From the NCBI GenBank assembly GCA_964510585.1, contig CAZECW010000193.1, positions 1-32,000 on the forward strand: a stretch of 32,000 bases of DNA, given 5' to 3'. The stretch comes from an uncultured archaeon (GTDB lineage Archaea; Asgardarchaeota; Jordiarchaeia; Jordiarchaeales; Jordiarchaeaceae). The notes beneath the pieces were generated by a model, which ran no database searches, was not told the DNA's origin, and saw only the letters and a list, made by a program, of their open reading frames with translations. A program made the translations under genes and the position numbers. Shown here piece after piece: positions 27,792 through 32,000 of the stretch; within the stretch, counting starts at the first letter, position 1, and each line of letters opens with the position of its first letter.

Positions 27792-29273
27792 ATGGTTAGT
27801 GTTTTAAAGGCTTTAGAAGACGCCGTAGGCTCAGAATATGTTTCAGACAAGGACTTCATAACCTATGCCTACGCCAGAGGAATAGACAGCGCCCTCCCAG
27901 CAAACCCACCAGACTATGTGGTGAAGCCAGGAACAACAGAGGAAGTCGCTGCGGTAATGCGCATCGCCAACCAGTACAAAATACCAGTGGTTCCACGTGG
28001 AGGAGGCTGCTGTTTAACCGGTGGTTCAAAGCCCATAGAGAAGGGAGGAATACTTCTAGACACAACCAGAATGCACAAAATACTAAACATTGATTTAAAC
28101 ACCCTAACCGTAACCGTTGAAGCAGGAATAACTTGGGCAGAGCTCAACAACAAACTTAACGAGTTGGGCTACTACACTGGAAACCTTGGTCCAGGAAGCG
28201 GAATGTCCGCTGTAGTAGGAGGCGGACTCTCGCACCACAGCGTGGGAGGAGGCGGAGGAGCGAAATACGGCACTTGCACCGAGCACGTTGTAGCCCTAGA
28301 AGTTGTATTGCCAACTGGCCAAATAATAAATACGGGCGCAAACGCCAGCGTCTACACCAAGGAGCCATTCTGCAGATTTGGATTCGGCCCAGATCTAACC
28401 GGACTATTTCTGGGCGATAATGGACTTTTGGGAATAAAAACCAAAGCAACATTGGAGATTTTCCCCAAACCTCCCTACCATGCGGCTAAGACCTTCACCA
28501 TAGAGGAGCCCTCAGCTGAGAACGCGGCCAAAATCTGGCTAGCATGGAGGAGAAGAGGAGACCTTGGAATTTATGATTCACAGTGGTGGCCTCTAATAAT
28601 GGTTCTAGGTCTACAACTACTTTTAGATGTGCCACCAGTAAAGCCTTGGGTGGGGCTACAGAAGGCAGTGTTCTGGTACACAATGGAGGCCGAAACAGAG
28701 GAGCAGCTGGAAGCCAACATGAAAATTGTGGATAAAATATGTAAGGAAAATGGTTGTACAGAGTTGGGACCCGAATTAAAGGATGGAAACATTGCAAAAT
28801 GGCACTATGAGGAACAGGGACACTGGCTGAACTGGCACAGCCTCTGGGGAGGGATGGGGCCAGGTTCCATACCCCTAACAACAGAACATCACCAGGCCAT
28901 ACACCGCGTTCCTTATATTAGCAAGAAACTTGACGAGTGGGAAGCGGCACACAGGGCAGAACTTGATGCGAACGGTGGAATGCAGACCGGCATATCTACA
29001 GCAATTCTCTGTGGGCATACGACTGTGGAGGTTGACTCTGGGCTTCTGGCTTGGGATAAACCAGAATACCGTGAGAAGAATCTGGAGCTCTGGAAGAGTC
29101 AGATTGAGATGCTGCTAAGAGAGGGGGCAATGCCCTACATGGTTGGAGAGATGTTTAGCAAGGGACTAATAGACACTGAGGCATTTAACGGAACCTATTA
29201 CGCTTTTCTTAGAGATGTAAAAAGGGCTTTGGATCCCAATAGAATTCTGAGTCCCGGAAAATTCTATCTCTAG
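27792..29273 (+). CDS. FAD-binding oxidoreductase (GlcD/VAO-like FAD_binding_4 family)
   Basis: PDYVVKP, PRGGG, VTVEAG, AKYG, LEVVLPTG, GPDLTGLFLG..GLLGI.TK, KRALDPNRILSPGK. Confidence 0.9.
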   Translation: MVSVLKALEDAVGSEYVSDKDFITYAYARGIDSALPANPPDYVVKPGTTEEVAAVMRIANQYKIPVVPRGGGCCLTGGSKPIEKGGILLDTTRMHKILNIDLNTLTVTVEAGITWAELNNKLNELGYYTGNLGPGSGMSAVVGGGLSHHSVGGGGGAKYGTCTEHVVALEVVLPTGQIINTGANASVYTKEPFCRFGFGPDLTGLFLGDNGLLGIKTKATLEIFPKPPYHAAKTFTIEEPSAENAAKIWLAWRRRGDLGIYDSQWWPLIMVLGLQLLLDVPPVKPWVGLQKAVFWYTMEAETEEQLEANMKIVDKICKENGCTELGPELKDGNIAKWHYEEQGHWLNWHSLWGGMGPGSIPLTTEHHQAIHRVPYISKKLDEWEAAHRAELDANGGMQTGISTAILCGHTTVEVDSGLLAWDKPEYREKNLELWKSQIEMLLREGAMPYMVGEMFSKGLIDTEAFNGTYYAFLRDVKRALDPNRILSPGKFYL

Positions 29274-29287
29274 GAGGAAAAAGAATA

Positions 29288-30493
29288 ATGGCTAAAATGA
29301 AAAATACAAGAAAGCTATCGGACATGGTTTATGCCTGCTCCGGCATTGGCGATTGTAGAATAGCTTATAGGTGGGCTGTGGGCAGATACGGAGTTTGCCC
29401 GGTTCTTGAGCACTCCCCCCAGTTTGACCCCTTCTATGCTCGGGGCAAAATACGCATCGCTAAGGGGCTTTTAGAGGGTGCGCTTGAACCCAGCAAAGAA
29501 CTAGCAGAAGTACTATATCAGTGCACCACTTGTGGTAATTGTCACTCCGCCTGCCACCAGAGCATGTGTGAGGAAATAGTACTACCCATAAGTAGATTTA
29601 TTGATCATGTGAAGCTTTTCGAGGCTATGAGGGCGGACCTGGTTGAGGAAGGATTTGGTCCCATGCCCAGGCATAAAGAGATACTGGAGTCAACCAGAAA
29701 GGAGCATAATCCCTACATGGAGAAACACGCTGACCGCGTAAAATGGATTCCTAAGGGTAAAAAGATTCCCCAGAAGGCAGACCTAGTATGGTTTGTGGGT
29801 TGTACGGAGCCCTATCGCCAACCAGATTTGGCTCAAGCATTTCTGAAAATTCTGGAGGCTTCAAAAACAAACTTTGCAATAATACATCCCGAGGAGTGGT
29901 GCTGCGGTTCCGTGTTTTTCAGAACTGGAGTGTGGGACATGGCTGAGGAGCTTGCAAAACACAACTTAGAAGCTCTCAAAGCTGCTGGAGCTAAAAAAGT
30001 GGTAATTCACTGTGCAGGTTGCTACAGAACAATTGCCAAGGATTATGCGGAATTATTTGGAGAGCTTCCCTTCAAAGTGGTTAACGCAGTGGAGCTTATC
30101 AGAGACTTCATGAAGGAGGGCAAGTTGAAACTCAAAAAACTGGACACCAAAGTAACCTACCATGACCCCTGCCACCTTGGAAGACATATGAAAATATATG
30201 ACGCTCCTCGAGAGATACTTGAAATGATGCCTGGAGTGCAACTTGTTGAGATGAAAAGGATAAAGGAAGCTTCCTGGTGCTGCGGAGCGGGTGGGGGCGT
30301 TAAAAGCGGCTTTCCAGAACTGGCAGTAGACATAGCTAAGGACAGAATAAAGGAAGCTGAGGAGACTGGAGCAGATTACTTGGTGACTGCTTGTCCCTTC
30401 TGCGTGAAGAATCTCCAAGACGCGGCAGAGGCTTTGAACAGCAAAATTAAGGTTTTAGACATTGTGGAACTAGTAGCCGAAAACTTGGCATAA
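29288..30493 (+). CDS. Fe-S oxidoreductase, GlcF/HdrD-like (ferredoxin domain plus two CCG domains)
   Basis: CTTCGNCHSAC; CCG domains WFVGC...EWCCG...CAGC and YHDPCHLGR...WCCGAGGG...TACPFC; own GGAGG RBS, 14 nt after the FAD oxidoreductase stop. Confidence 0.92.
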   Translation: MAKMKNTRKLSDMVYACSGIGDCRIAYRWAVGRYGVCPVLEHSPQFDPFYARGKIRIAKGLLEGALEPSKELAEVLYQCTTCGNCHSACHQSMCEEIVLPISRFIDHVKLFEAMRADLVEEGFGPMPRHKEILESTRKEHNPYMEKHADRVKWIPKGKKIPQKADLVWFVGCTEPYRQPDLAQAFLKILEASKTNFAIIHPEEWCCGSVFFRTGVWDMAEELAKHNLEALKAAGAKKVVIHCAGCYRTIAKDYAELFGELPFKVVNAVELIRDFMKEGKLKLKKLDTKVTYHDPCHLGRHMKIYDAPREILEMMPGVQLVEMKRIKEASWCCGAGGGVKSGFPELAVDIAKDRIKEAEETGADYLVTACPFCVKNLQDAAEALNSKIKVLDIVELVAENLA

Positions 30494-30807
30494 AAAAGCG
30501 ACATCATTCCCCTCCTTTTCCGAACACATCTTTTATTTTTTGATGATTCGTCGGTCAATGTGGGGGTCGCCTGAGTTTTCTATAACTCGGGGTCAAATTT
30601 GATTTTTTTAATTTTGAATAATTGGATGCTTCCATCTTAGCCTGTTCTCGTTAAACTTAAAAAGGTTGTAGAATTCCTAAAGCGTAAAAACAAATTCAAT
30701 TGAGATTAAAATTCAAGTTAATTATGAGCCTGTTTAGGGATAGATGTTACCTTTATGATGGGATAATCTAAATAAGGCTACCATTCTCAGTTACTAGATA
30801 GTAACTG

Positions 30808-31686
30808 GTGATGATGTTAGAGATGGCAAACAAGGTTGGTTTCGTGGTTAGGACTGGTTCCCAGGCGGCATTATCCTCCACCGAAGATATTTCAAAATTT
30901 TTGAAGAGAAGGGGATTCGCCACTTATACCATTAGTGGTGTGGATGATGTGCAGGATGGCACCTTTTTCATAATTTCTAATGGGGGGGATGGTACAGTTC
31001 TGAAAACCGCCAGGATGGTTGTGGAGCGTGGGGGAGGTATTCCCATTTTTCCAGTGAATTCTGGCACCGTTGGTTTTCTAACTGAGGTGGATGCTCACAA
31101 CGCGATACCAGAACTGGAAAAGATTTTGGGAGGGCATTACAAGGAGGAAGATCACCACGTATTAGACGTTTACCTGAAAGAAAAGTATGTGGGATTCGCG
31201 GTAAATGATGTTGTCATCACTTGTGAGCATGGAAGGATACTTAATGGAAAATTGTTTCTGGATAATGTTCTAATATCATCAATTCGCGGTGACCGGGTAG
31301 TAATAGCTCCACCCTTGGGTTCGACTGCCTACAATTTATCCGCAGGAGGATCAATAATACATCCAAAACTTGAGGCGATGTCGATTACCTGCGTTGCGCA
31401 ATTTTACACAAGTAGGTTTTTCCCACTTATTGTGCCCATTAACACTAATGTAAAATTTGTTTTGTCTGATACACCTTACGACAACTATGTTGTTCTAGAC
31501 GGACAGATAGCTGAGGTAAATGGGAAGAAAATTAGAGGTGGACAAACCATCGAGGTGAGGGTGTCTCAGAAAACATTCAAACTAATTTACACTGAAAGAT
31601 CCTTCTATGAAAGGATAAACAAGGTTATCCTAACCCAACAAGAGAAAGCCCCATGGATAGAACCCCTTCCCGGAGACATCTACTGA
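30808..31686 (+). CDS. nadK: NAD(+) kinase
   Basis: GGDGT, VNSGTVGFL, AVND, GSTAYNLSAGGSI, LDGQ motifs. Confidence 0.93.
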   Translation: MMMLEMANKVGFVVRTGSQAALSSTEDISKFLKRRGFATYTISGVDDVQDGTFFIISNGGDGTVLKTARMVVERGGGIPIFPVNSGTVGFLTEVDAHNAIPELEKILGGHYKEEDHHVLDVYLKEKYVGFAVNDVVITCEHGRILNGKLFLDNVLISSIRGDRVVIAPPLGSTAYNLSAGGSIIHPKLEAMSITCVAQFYTSRFFPLIVPINTNVKFVLSDTPYDNYVVLDGQIAEVNGKKIRGGQTIEVRVSQKTFKLIYTERSFYERINKVILTQQEKAPWIEPLPGDIY

Positions 31687-31864
31687 AAAGTGAACCCTGC
31701 CTATTATTCTGAAACAACCTAATGTTTATGCTAAAGTGTATGAATCAAGTCGTAGGAATCATCGTCAATTATTGAATAGAAACAGAACCATTAAATATGA
31801 AGTTTGCATAACTATTGATTCACTTAAAATTTTTGCCTATTTTTCAAGAATTGGAGTTGGTGCT

Positions 31865-32000
31865 ATGCCGATTAAGGTAGGAGATATGGTGAAAATTGAG
31901 TATACTTTAACCCTTAACGATGGAACTATTCTCGACACATCGGAGGGTAAAAGACCCCTAGAATTTGAGGCGGGTTCGGGACGCGTAATAAAGGGTTTGA
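31865..32000 (+). CDS. slyD: FKBP-type peptidyl-prolyl isomerase (SlyD-like), 5' partial
   Basis: Own translation: MPIKVGDMVKIEYTLTLNDGTILDTSEGKRPLEFEAGSGRVIKGL, running off the window edge. Confidence 0.85.
   Translation, partial: MPIKVGDMVKIEYTLTLNDGTILDTSEGKRPLEFEAGSGRVIKGL

Noticed and set aside
30540-30574. TGATGA...CTGA as a box C/D sRNA
   Set aside because: Only about 35 nt, with no credible D'/C' boxes or two guides.

Overview
Archaeal genomic window. Evidence: an archaeal-type threonyl-tRNA synthetase with N-terminal editing domain, TTATAAA TATA boxes with BRE-like purines, and GGTGA/GGAGG ribosome-binding sites. The lineage cannot be fixed from the sequence; the gene content would fit an anaerobic heterotrophic Asgard or Bathyarchaeia-like organism (inference). 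Most of the window is acyl-CoA/organic-acid catabolism mixed with housekeeping genes: MaoC hydratase, SDR, acetoacetate-CoA ligase divergent from a GctAB-type CoA-transferase plus crotonase, an Ltp3-like thiolase-fold protein, an ADP-forming acyl-CoA synthetase alpha subunit, a GlcD-like/HdrD(GlcF)-like pair, thrS, purN, NAD kinase and a partial SlyD. The clearest non-routine signal is at 1-140, which the ORF track misses. It is the right end of an IS200/IS605 element with a four-hairpin omegaRNA-like scaffold (GAAT-hairpin-TCAA, closely matching the ISDra2 right end as I recall it), inserted antisense after codon 269 of a malic enzyme gene, so the predicted TnpB guide is host malic-enzyme sequence. 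Also notable: three tandem SLC18/VMAT-like MFS transporters with varied pocket residues, a decayed second CoA-transferase beta gene, non-canonical active sites in the GlcD/HdrD pair, and kb-scale G+T versus A+C strand-skew oscillation. No CRISPR array, tRNA, rRNA, reverse transcriptase or defence gene was seen.
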